A DNA stretch of 64,000 nt from Candidatus Poribacteria bacterium. Lineage in GTDB: Bacteria > Poribacteria > WGA-4E > PCPOR2b. Where the stretch lies: NCBI GenBank assembly GCA_965198175.1, contig OZ240245.1, forward strand, positions 2,080,001 to 2,144,000, read 5' to 3'. The notes beneath the pieces are model-generated. The model made no database searches. It was not told the origin of the DNA and saw nothing but the letters and a program-made list of their open reading frames with translations. The translations under genes were made by a program, and so were the position numbers. Shown in pieces: positions 20,248 to 29,117 of the stretch (within the stretch, counting starts at the first letter, position 1; each line of letters opens with the position of its first letter).

Positions 20248-20489
20248 AAATTTGCCCTTTTTTCCTTGGTATACAATCAAAGAAGTCTGACGAATGCGGA
20301 TTCGTGTGTTGGAACAAATAATGCATCAAACAATCGTTTCTTATGCTTCGACTATTGTGTTGCCTTCGGTAATTAGATTAAACCAAAAACAGTGAACAAT
20401 ACAACAGTCCTCTTGTTTTTCAACAAACCCGTTGAGGTGGATCAGTAACCTCTTTGCAAATGTCTGCCCTTTCAGGGACTTAGGATTCC

Positions 20490-20680
20490 TGCCCGCTAGT
20501 ATACACAGATTTGCCTCCGCCTCGTGTCTAATTCAAGATGGGACCCACCCGTGCTGAACGTCACGATCATATGTGCGACAAATCTTGACACACTGTTGGT
20601 AGGAATAGGTTGGTCAGCATATGTCGTAACACGTGAATTCGTAGACGATTGGCAGACTCGTTAGTCGCAGATTGTCAGGG
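20490..20680 (-). ncRNA. Candidate structured RNA (long irregular hairpin) between ptsH and valS
   Basis: Nested minus-strand helices tctgcc/ggcgga, tcgtcta/tagac-acga, aattca/tgaatt, cgtgtt/agcacg, acga-catatg/catatg-a-tcgt. G-U pairs favour the minus strand. No family recognised. Confidence 0.4.
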
Positions 20681-20729
20681 GTTGTGCATCACGCATTACA
20701 TAATCCGGAAGGATGAAATATAGGGATAA

Positions 20730-20996
20730 TCATACTTCGTTGAATCCGCTTTCGACTAATGCTATCAACGCTTCAATTGCTTCTGCTTCATCAGCACCAT
20801 CCACGATGAGTGTAAGCTGTGTGCCTTTGCCTGCCGCTAACATCATGACTCCCATGGTGCTTTTGGCATTTACCTTCATGGAGCCTTTCTTAACATATAT
20901 ACCTGAAACATACCGATTAGCGACTTGAGCAAACATCCCTGCCGCTCGTAGGTGCAACCCGAGTGAATTGCAGACTGTCACTACTTCTTCAAGCAT
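20730..20996 (-). CDS. ptsH: Phosphocarrier protein HPr
   Basis: GLHLRAA (His15), NAKSTMGVMML (Ser46), 88 aa. Confidence 0.95.
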   Translation of the reverse strand: MLEEVVTVCNSLGLHLRAAGMFAQVANRYVSGIYVKKGSMKVNAKSTMGVMMLAAGKGTQLTLIVDGADEAEAIEALIALVESGFNEV

Positions 20997-21148
20997 AAGT
21001 GCTACCTAACCACGAATCTGTGAGTGAACTCAGAGTTGGTTGAGACTGCTGGCTAGTACAAGCAAAACCACTTTCAATTCAAACCCCTGTCGCGTTACGA
21101 CAGGATTGAACGTGGAAGCAATCTACTACCATCAAACTCATAGCTGTC

Positions 21149-22165
21149 TCAACCGGTTTCTGTCCCTGTTGGATGGATAATCCCCTGATGAAGTGCTTCA
21201 TGTTGCCACTCATTAAGGACGATTTCTTCATGTTCGGTATGCGTCATTTCAGTAATCGCCTGATTCAAATCCTTTTCGGCATGTAAGCCTAATTTTTTGC
21301 CCCAGAGATTCATAGCGGCAACTTCAACCAGATTTGAAAGATTTCTCCCAGGACCGACAGGAATGACTGTATGAGGGATATTCTCGTTGTGCAGACGGTA
21401 AAAGTCTTCATCAAGTCCAGTTCGATTGTATTTTTTGTTTTCATCCCAGAGTTCAAGGGTTACGACAAGCTCAACCTGCTTGCGATTGCCCACAGCCGTC
21501 ACCCCAAACAGCGTGATAACGTCAATGATTCCCAGACCGCGAACTTCCATGTAGTGCCTGAGCGGTTGCATCCGTATTCCAAAAACACGATGTCCTGAAA
21601 CCCGTTTCAACAAAACACTATCATCGGCAATCAATCGGTGACCTCTTTGCAAAAGTTCAAGAGTACACTCGCTTTTGCCGATTCCACTTTTCCCTAGAAT
21701 TAGGACGCCAACGCCAAAGACATCAACCAAATTCCCATGGACATATTCAGCAGGTCCAAACTCATCTTCGAGGAAAAGCAGTAATCGTGTGGTAAAGGCA
21801 GAGGAGGACAGGCGGGTCGTTAAAATTGGGATTTTATTTTGATTGCCGATGGCCGCAAGTTCTGGATGCACAGGAGAGCCGCTTGTTACAACGACACAAG
21901 GAATCGGATATGAGGACAATTTTTCTAAGACATTAGAGCGCACGGATGGACTTATGCTTTCCACATATGATATTTCACCGTGCCCAAAGATTTGGACGCG
22001 ATTGTAGCCAAAATGCTGATAATGCCCGCAGAGAGCCAGACCGGGCCGATTTGATTCTGCGGTTTCGATTAATCGATCTAGCCCATCAGACCCGGCAGCA
22101 ACTTCAAGTTGTAGTTCGTAACCCGCATATTGAATCAGTTTACGAACGGTCATCGTATTTGGCAT
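21149..22165 (-). CDS. hprK: HPr kinase/phosphorylase
   Basis: NRPGLAL, HGNLVDVFGVGVLILGKSGIGKSE, RGHRLIADD, MEVRGLGII, PGRNL. Confidence 0.97.
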   Translation of the reverse strand: MPNTMTVRKLIQYAGYELQLEVAAGSDGLDRLIETAESNRPGLALCGHYQHFGYNRVQIFGHGEISYVESISPSVRSNVLEKLSSYPIPCVVVTSGSPVHPELAAIGNQNKIPILTTRLSSSAFTTRLLLFLEDEFGPAEYVHGNLVDVFGVGVLILGKSGIGKSECTLELLQRGHRLIADDSVLLKRVSGHRVFGIRMQPLRHYMEVRGLGIIDVITLFGVTAVGNRKQVELVVTLELWDENKKYNRTGLDEDFYRLHNENIPHTVIPVGPGRNLSNLVEVAAMNLWGKKLGLHAEKDLNQAITEMTHTEHEEIVLNEWQHEALHQGIIHPTGTETG

Positions 22166-22203
22166 GATGAACCTCCTTCAGTCTGCCTGGTAGCAAGCGC
22201 CTC

Positions 22204-22761
22204 CTACGTGAACTGCGGTTCAACCCAGCCGTACCCTCTGTTCTCTTGTTCATACACCAGGTTTATCTGGTTTGTTTCGGCATTTAAGAAAAGCAGAAGT
22301 GACTCATCAGAGGTGTACAATTGCATCACAGCTTCTTCCACAGTCATCGGCTTAGACGCAAATCTCTCTGGGACCCTAAAAATCTGAGAAGGAACACTTG
22401 GTGATTCACTGATATCTTCGCGTGCAGCCGTGTTGTTTAATTGCTCTACAGCACGATCCCGCGATGTGCGATGGCGCCAATCCTTCGTTCTTTCCTTGTG
22501 ACGGCGAATCTGCCGCTCTATTTTGTCCATAACAGCATCAAGACAAGAGAAAATATCATGGGTTTCTCCTTGAGCATGGAACGTTGCCTTTGCCGTTGCG
22601 AGAACGATTTCAGTAAAATAACGATTTTTTTCCCGTTCAATGACTAACTGTAAATCAATGATACGGCTAAAAATGGCTTCAATTTTCTTCACGCGTTTTT
22701 CAACATAACTTCGAATATCATCTGTAATCTCAACATGACGCGCGGTGATATGCATTTGCAT
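22204..22761 (-). CDS. hpf: Ribosome hibernation promoting factor (long HPF/RaiA)
   Basis: ITARHVEIT, KIERQIRRHKER, C-terminal KPMTVEEAVMQL domain. Downstream of rpoN. Confidence 0.95.
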   Translation of the reverse strand: MQMHITARHVEITDDIRSYVEKRVKKIEAIFSRIIDLQLVIEREKNRYFTEIVLATAKATFHAQGETHDIFSCLDAVMDKIERQIRRHKERTKDWRHRTSRDRAVEQLNNTAAREDISESPSVPSQIFRVPERFASKPMTVEEAVMQLYTSDESLLLFLNAETNQINLVYEQENRGYGWVEPQFT

Positions 22762-22798
22762 GTCAACCCCCCTCTTCTCTTGACTCACTGATTATCAA

Positions 22799-24520
22799 TT
22801 ACCATTTCCGCTTCCGCTTATTGGAAGAAAGCATACCGAGTTCCTCTCGGTATTTTGCAACAGTTCGTCTGGCAGCGTGAATCCCCTGGACTTTCAGAAT
22901 GTTAGAAACCATCTGATCGCTCAGCGGTTTAGCTACATCTTCCTTCTCAATCATCTCTCTGATTTTCTCTTTGACAGAAGTGACAGCTATATTGTCTCCG
23001 CAATCGGTAGGGAGTTCACTGCTAAAGAAAAACTTCAACTTGTAGATGCCCTGCGGGGTTTCAACGTATTTGTTCGTTGTAACCCGACTGACTGTGGACT
23101 CGTGGACACCAGCCATATCGGCAATCTGCTTCAGCACTAGGGGTTTAAGCGATGTGACCCCTTGCTCGAAAAAATCCGACTGTACTTCAAATATCGCCTC
23201 CGTCACTCTCTTTATGGTTCGACGTCGCTGGTCAATACTTTTCAACAAATCGACGGCTTGGTTTTTGTAATTTTCTAACCACTGTTTGGCGTTCTTGTCT
23301 AGTGCTGAATCTCCGTTACGCATCATATTGACGTAGAGTGAATTCAAACGCAGTCGAGGCATACCGTCATCGTTTGTAATAAATCGATATCCGCCATCGC
23401 CTTTTTCAACGATAATATCAGGTACAATCGAACCAGCGAATCGCTTTCTATCGTTGAATCGTTTTGGATCTGACCGATCTGAAAAGTGTCGACCTGGATA
23501 AGGGTCTAGCGTTCCGATTAATTCCTTTGCTTCTAAAACCGCATCAATCCCCACATTTAAATTCTTGGCAATCCGCGGTATAAGGTTGTTCATCAAATCA
23601 TCAAAGTGGTGTTTGACAATCTCTCGAATAAGAGGCTGGTCAATCTGAACGGCTTCCATCTGAACAAGCAGCGTCTCCGGAATGGTTCGATAAGCGATAC
23701 CGGTTGGATCAAAATTCCTTTGAATGAACCGAAGTATATTTTCAACAAAATCAATCTCACATCCGATGTCCTCTGCAATTTCTTCCAGAGTAATGCTGTA
23801 GATGTTTAGCTTATCCTCATCCGCGCTGGCAGTATAGACCTGTTTATTGTCCTCATCGGTTATCCGCCACACTGCTGCATCGGTGCTGTTTTTACTTTTC
23901 GGAGAAATTGCAACGTTCCGTGACAATGAGATTTCATTGCTTTCAAATTCACTCCGCAATTCCTCTGAGAGATTGTCACTGTCTAAATCACGTTGGAGGT
24001 CCAAACCAACACTAAATCGGGGGCTGACATTCAACTGACCGTTATCATCAAGATTACCAATAATCTGTTCGCCGATTCTTCGCTCTATATCTGAAAAAGG
24101 CACAACGTTCACTTGTACCATTAAAAACTCTTGCAATGTTTGAAGTTGAGCGATATCCGCTTGCGGCGCATTGCCGTCAGCCCAATACTCAAGGGTGTCT
24201 CTCTCGCTAATGCTGATCGTGTCATCAAAACAACTTTCCCAATCGATATCTGGTTCTTTATCCGCACGGTCCAAACTCTCCTCGGGTTCATTCCATTCGG
24301 TATCCGGATCTAATTCATCTGTGCCGCTTGATGTTTCGATATCTAAATCTTCAGCCACAGCTTCGTCCAAAAGGGGATTTTGCTGCAACTGTTGATTCAG
24401 ATGTTGCGTGAGGTCCATCCGTGACATTAGAAGCACTTTGATTGCTTGTTGCAACTTTGGCGTCATGATGAGCCGCTGCTGAAGTTGCTGGCTCGGCATC
24501 TGTTTGAGTCCAATGTTCAT
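22799..24520 (-). CDS. rpoN: RNA polymerase sigma-54 factor with a ~76-aa internal insertion
   Basis: MTPKLQQAIKVL region I, NPLL, GNLDDNG, DPTGI, HTH HESTVSRV, RpoN box ARRTVAKYRE. Confidence 0.97.
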   Translation of the reverse strand: MNIGLKQMPSQQLQQRLIMTPKLQQAIKVLLMSRMDLTQHLNQQLQQNPLLDEAVAEDLDIETSSGTDELDPDTEWNEPEESLDRADKEPDIDWESCFDDTISISERDTLEYWADGNAPQADIAQLQTLQEFLMVQVNVVPFSDIERRIGEQIIGNLDDNGQLNVSPRFSVGLDLQRDLDSDNLSEELRSEFESNEISLSRNVAISPKSKNSTDAAVWRITDEDNKQVYTASADEDKLNIYSITLEEIAEDIGCEIDFVENILRFIQRNFDPTGIAYRTIPETLLVQMEAVQIDQPLIREIVKHHFDDLMNNLIPRIAKNLNVGIDAVLEAKELIGTLDPYPGRHFSDRSDPKRFNDRKRFAGSIVPDIIVEKGDGGYRFITNDDGMPRLRLNSLYVNMMRNGDSALDKNAKQWLENYKNQAVDLLKSIDQRRRTIKRVTEAIFEVQSDFFEQGVTSLKPLVLKQIADMAGVHESTVSRVTTNKYVETPQGIYKLKFFFSSELPTDCGDNIAVTSVKEKIREMIEKEDVAKPLSDQMVSNILKVQGIHAARRTVAKYREELGMLSSNKRKRKW

Positions 24521-24554
24521 CGCATGGTTCCTCAAATCACCGGTCACACGGATT

Positions 24555-25292
24555 TCATCTTTTTAACTCAAAACTATGACCAAAGTAACGTTCTCGGGCA
24601 ATTTCACTTTGAAGCAATGTGTCAGGGGCACCACTGAGTGTAATCCTTCCGCCAGTTATCAAGTAGGCGAGATCGACAATCCCTAGTGTTTCAGCTGCAT
24701 TGTGATCGGTTATTAACACCCCGATATTCCGATCGCGCAGGTGTGTGATCAATTCTTTAATATCTTGAACCGCAATTGGATCGATTCCGGAAAATGGTTC
24801 ATCCAACAAAATAAAAGATGGGGAGGCTGCGAGCGCCCTTGCGATTTCAGCTCGCCGGCATTCGCCACCTGAAAGGGTGTATGCTTTTCGTTTCGCCAAC
24901 TCGGAGATTCCGAGTTCTTCCATGAGTTGTTTGCACCGCTGCTTACGCTCAACTCTGCGAATATCAAGTGCTTCGAGAACCGCTGTGATGTTCTGTTCAA
25001 CTGTCAACTTGCGAAAGATTGAAGTCTCTTGCGAGAGATATCCAATCCCAAGTCGTGCGCGCTTGTACATCGGTACATAGGTGATGTCCTGTTCACCGAA
25101 AGTAATTCGTCCAGCGTTTGGACGGATTAACCCTACGACCATATAGAATGTGGTCGATTTTCCAGCCCCATTTGGACCAAGCAACCCAACAATTTCGCCC
25201 GTTGCTACTTCTATACTCACTTGATTGACAACAATGGGACCGCGTCTTGAATATCTCTTAACAAGTCCGTGGGTTTTAAGTTTAATCGGCAC
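24555..25292 (-). CDS. lptB: LPS export ABC ATPase
   Basis: GPNGAGKST, PMYKRARLGIGYL, LSGGE, LLDEPFSGIDP, ITDHN. Directly upstream of rpoN. Confidence 0.96.
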   Translation of the reverse strand: MPIKLKTHGLVKRYSRRGPIVVNQVSIEVATGEIVGLLGPNGAGKSTTFYMVVGLIRPNAGRITFGEQDITYVPMYKRARLGIGYLSQETSIFRKLTVEQNITAVLEALDIRRVERKQRCKQLMEELGISELAKRKAYTLSGGECRRAEIARALAASPSFILLDEPFSGIDPIAVQDIKELITHLRDRNIGVLITDHNAAETLGIVDLAYLITGGRITLSGAPDTLLQSEIARERYFGHSFELKR

Positions 25293-25312
25293 GCCTTCGC
25301 TGCCTTAACGCA

Positions 25313-26257
25313 TTACTTCGCATTGTTTGATTCTTGTTCATCCTCTTTTTTCTGGTTAATTCGAACCCGAAATCTAACGCCTCCCTTGCCGACACGCTTG
25401 CCGGTCCGCCGATTATACGCAAAAGATTTTGCTTCCAATCGGTCCTCCTCCTGTATAACGACAACGTTATCGTGGAGATCTACAGTATCTTCAACCTGAT
25501 TTACAACAGCGTAATCGCTCGTTGCGAAAATATCATCGTCCCGCATCTCAACTTGTTCTTGAGCAATGATTTTGATGATTTTATCTGTCTCAAGGTTCTT
25601 AAAAATCTCCACTTTATTCCCATTCAGGAAGCCATCGGGGCGTGTAATTTTTACCGGCTTCCCCTCTGCTGTTTGCACCCCTGCCCGTCGATTAAAGATT
25701 GTATGTGCTGCCTCCATTCGATCTTCATTTTGGATGACGACAACGTTATCGTGAAGATTCACAATGTCGTCTATGTGATTCAAAACGGCGCGATCGCTAG
25801 AGGCTATAGCCTGACCTTCCTGCATTTCAACATTGCCTTCAGCTATGGTCTCAGTTAATTCATCCGTCTCGACATTTCTATAAACGGTGATTTTGTCTGC
25901 GTTCAGAAATCCGTTGGACATCTTCAGTCTAACATTGCCCGTCAGGACTGTAACACCTGTTTTTTCATCTTGGTCGAACTGATCTGCATGCTCACAAATG
26001 ATGAAATTCTCATCTTCATCCGCGCTACCTTGACTCACTGTGACTGGCTGTGGCGCGAGGGTTCTTTCAACAGCGGCATCAGTGGAAAAAGGTATCAAGG
26101 CTAGGCACAATGAACACATTAAGCTTATTAGTGACGATTTTGAGGCTGCGGAGCTACATCGAAACAGACGAACAACCTGCATCGAGTCAGCGTATTCCTG
26201 CATCTGTGTGTCCTTTGCTGTGCGGGACTTCATTTCCTTCAACTGATTCAGGTGCAT
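25313..26257 (-). CDS. lptA: LptA/OstA-family periplasmic LPS transport protein with a tandem-duplicated beta-jellyroll (start uncertain)
   Basis: Signal-like segment, OstA-type beta repeats (LTGNV, AEGNV, LHDNVVVIQ twice). Located between lptC and lptB. Confidence 0.8.
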   Translation of the reverse strand: MHLNQLKEMKSRTAKDTQMQEYADSMQVVRLFRCSSAASKSSLISLMCSLCLALIPFSTDAAVERTLAPQPVTVSQGSADEDENFIICEHADQFDQDEKTGVTVLTGNVRLKMSNGFLNADKITVYRNVETDELTETIAEGNVEMQEGQAIASSDRAVLNHIDDIVNLHDNVVVIQNEDRMEAAHTIFNRRAGVQTAEGKPVKITRPDGFLNGNKVEIFKNLETDKIIKIIAQEQVEMRDDDIFATSDYAVVNQVEDTVDLHDNVVVIQEEDRLEAKSFAYNRRTGKRVGKGGVRFRVRINQKKEDEQESNNAK

Positions 26258-26798
26258 CTATCTTCTCATCTCTAGCGTAAAATTCGAATTGAACATGTTT
26301 CATCGTCACAACTTCAAGCGATGGACTGCTTTCCAGCTCTCGACCAACCATTGTGGAACCACCGCGCACAATCTCCGATTCGTTCGGCGCATATAATCTG
26401 CCATTCCGGTTCTGCCAATGAAGTTCGTCGGTATACAACACCCCATTTTGGCTAATTCCAACAACATCATCAAAGACTTTGAGATTATTATTTGACTGAA
26501 TAATCTCGCCGCGATTGCCCGTCACCGTGATTGTAATTTGACCGTCCTTAAATAGTTGAATTGTTGGGTTCTGAACGTACACAACCGCTTCCATGAACTC
26601 TCCCGAATCAGCAATCAATGTCCATTTTGTCACACCGGATTCTGTATGCTTAGTTGAAAACTGTTGTAATATTTGTTCAGGAATTTCTTCGACGGGCTGT
26701 GTTAGTTCCTCTTCTCCTCTATCACAACCGACAGCGTGAAAAATTATATAAAAGATTAAGGGGAGCCGTAACCATGTCATTTGAAAAGAATTAATCAT
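26187..26798 (-). CDS. lptC: LPS export periplasmic protein LptC
   Basis: Lipobox-like AVGC, KWTLIAD, LYTDELHW, synteny with lptA/lptB. Confidence 0.85.
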   Translation of the reverse strand: MINSFQMTWLRLPLIFYIIFHAVGCDRGEEELTQPVEEIPEQILQQFSTKHTESGVTKWTLIADSGEFMEAVVYVQNPTIQLFKDGQITITVTGNRGEIIQSNNNLKVFDDVVGISQNGVLYTDELHWQNRNGRLYAPNESEIVRGGSTMVGRELESSPSLEVVTMKHVQFEFYARDEKIDAPESVEGNEVPHSKGHTDAGIR

Positions 26799-27693
26799 CA
26801 GATCTTATTTGGGGTTGTGTTCTCCAACGTTCATGCATCCAGATCCATTGTTCCGGATAACGTCGAACATAAGATTCGATCACATTTGTAAACTTTTGGG
26901 TATTGAAGACGTAATCACGCTCTCGGTCTCCGATTCGTTGCAGAACTAACGGCGGTTCCACAATGGTGCGGTGCGAATCATCTGGTTGACGAACAATAAA
27001 GGTTGGCAAAATCGCAGCACCCGTTTTGAGTGCGATAGCCACGGGACTATAGGGAGTATAGGCCGGACGCCCCAGAAAATCAACAAAAACGCCATCTGTA
27101 CGGGTATCGACATCTGCCACAATGCCAAGCAGCTCATTTCGCTTCAAGCAGCGTAACGCTGGGCGAACAGCATTAGCCCGGTCGATGCTTGAATAGCCCG
27201 ACTTTTCACGATAAGCACAAATAAGCGTGTCTAGACGCTTGGATCGTAACTGGCGAGCGATGGAACTCAACGGATATCCATTCGCGACAATGCTAGCTGC
27301 GAGCAGTTCCCAATTGCCAAAGTGCCCTGTCAAGATAATTGCCCCGTTACCCCGATCGAGCGCTTGATCGATATGTGTTTTACCTTCGAAGGTAACAATC
27401 TGATGAATCTTTTGGGGGGACATGTAAGGAAGCTGAATAAATTCCATCACGTTTTTCCCCATGTTTTGAAAGCAACGTCGGGCGAGCCTTTGGACAACAA
27501 GTGGGCCATCAAGTTCTAGGCGCGACACAAGATGTCTATAGGTACGGTTCCTTTCGCAACGCGAGAACCAGAAAACGGCGCTTGCCAAAGCAGACCCAAG
27601 GGATAACGCAAGCCGGCGGGGGAGTGGGACAATACATTGGATCGCACATCTCGCTGCAATTACGTAACAGCAATCTTTCAAGAAACGCCGCAT
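26791..27693 (-). CDS. Lipid A late acyltransferase (LpxL/HtrB family)
   Basis: TGHFGNWE, VDFLGRPA, YPEQWIWMHERWR. Confidence 0.9.
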   Translation of the reverse strand: MRRFLKDCCYVIAARCAIQCIVPLPRRLALSLGSALASAVFWFSRCERNRTYRHLVSRLELDGPLVVQRLARRCFQNMGKNVMEFIQLPYMSPQKIHQIVTFEGKTHIDQALDRGNGAIILTGHFGNWELLAASIVANGYPLSSIARQLRSKRLDTLICAYREKSGYSSIDRANAVRPALRCLKRNELLGIVADVDTRTDGVFVDFLGRPAYTPYSPVAIALKTGAAILPTFIVRQPDDSHRTIVEPPLVLQRIGDRERDYVFNTQKFTNVIESYVRRYPEQWIWMHERWRTQPQIRSDD

Positions 27694-27766
27694 AATATGG
27701 AAAGTATTATAGCAAATCAGTCATTAAATGACAAGAGAAAACACAGTACACTAGAAATTTACAAAG

Positions 27767-28249
27767 GTGGCAACCTTGATGAAACCGAATATCATTTGGG
27801 ATCGCTTAGAAGAGCCATCCGTGACGAGTTGGTTTTGCGCGTTTCGTATTTTATCGTATACGTGCATCGGGGGTTTACGTTCGCAGTTATACACGGCGGT
27901 TCTCTACTTTCACTGTCGCTTGGCAGTTGATTCTGGAAGAGGCGAAGATTTTTCAGTTCCTGACGAAATCGTTGACTCAGACGTTGGATAGTCGCGCGAG
28001 CTATCGGCGGTTGAGGAACTCATGCCCGTGAGTCTGTCAGCGCCTCAACTCCTTGTGATGGTACTGGAACAAGTAACGCTTGCGCTAAGAACACTTGAGC
28101 AGAACGCTATTGGTGATGAGGGAAAGGAACTAGTTGGGGTTCTGGCACGGTTAGTCCTTGCGCTGAAGCCGCCTGATCAAAAGACGGATGGCAATGGAGT
28201 GAATGCTCTACCTACGCCGGTGGGTGGTGGCAGCGACGAGCGGGGGTGA
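27767..28249 (+). pseudogene. Probable decayed gene of unknown function
   Basis: ORFs 27767-27991 and 28022-28249 are in the same frame, separated by one TAG. No recognisable motif. Confidence 0.3.
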
Positions 28250-28582
28250 AGTGATATCCAGTTAATATCAAACGTCACATACCGCGCCGTAAATCGAACG
28301 AAAACTGAACCGCAATGAGGCGAGAGCAGAAGACTTAAGCCTCTCATGTTCTATAGACACACCGCTTCAGTGGAACAGAGGGTTGGGGACAACTTTAGAA
28401 GGCACTTACACCACGTGTTCAATGTTTGGAAGGACAAGTAAAAATCGCTAATGGCTTTTCTGCATTCACGCAATTGTATGCCCCAACAATCAGGACAACT
28501 ATGGCGGAAATCGAACCTCTAAGATGAACAACTAAACTAGGATGCCCTGGGTAAATGGTGTTTAATTCATGCATTCACCGTT

Positions 28583-28924
28583 CTACAACCCTTCTTCGGA
28601 TTCATCAACGGCATCCGTACTCTCATCATGCGTCTCATTTGAAATGGTTTGTTCGAAGATTTTCGAATCTTCATCCTGTTCATCGGCAACGGGACCGAAA
28701 ATTGAAAACTCTTCCACTGTATCTTTGAACTGATCGACTTGCTGATAGTCAATCTCTCCCTCAACTAGCGCTCTTAAAGCGACCGACGCCGGTTTGCGGA
28801 CATCAAATTTTAGAATGGGAAGCCCTTTTTCATTGAGCTGACGCGCGCGTCGTGCCGCTACATTGACGGCTAAATACTTGTTACCGACAATATCCTCTAT
28901 ATCCTCAAGATAAATCACTGACAT
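28583..28924 (-). CDS. rpoZ: RNA polymerase omega subunit
   Basis: NKYLAVNVAARRARQL, KPASVAL, acidic tail. Confidence 0.93.
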   Translation of the reverse strand: MSVIYLEDIEDIVGNKYLAVNVAARRARQLNEKGLPILKFDVRKPASVALRALVEGEIDYQQVDQFKDTVEEFSIFGPVADEQDEDSKIFEQTISNETHDESTDAVDESEEGL

Positions 28925-28988
28925 TTTGATCGGCCTCGCAGTTGATTAGGTTTGGAACTCTAGCCACAGGAAATTCCGAAGTCTCATA

Positions 28989-29018
28989 ATATTATCAATA
29001 CTGGCTAAGGGTTGTCAA
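28989..29018 (-). promoter_or_regulatory. Putative sigma-70 promoter of rpoZ
   Basis: TTGACA-N18-TAATAT on the minus strand. Confidence 0.55.
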
Positions 29019-29117
29019 GGGAAAATTCTATCGCATAAACGAATAAACCAATTTCGCCTGGCATCGTCCAAACGTAGATGCTATACAAAGAATAACCGGG
29101 TTTAAGGAGAGACAAAA

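Noticed and set aside
20540..20570. T-box riboswitch upstream of valS (GGGTGGGTCC on the minus strand)
   Set aside because: It does not match UGGN-ACC, the N would not pair with the tRNA-Val discriminator A, and no specifier stem or terminator is evident.
23798..24025. Intein in RpoN
   Set aside because: It is too short and lacks the N-terminal Cys/Ser block and the C-terminal His-Asn.
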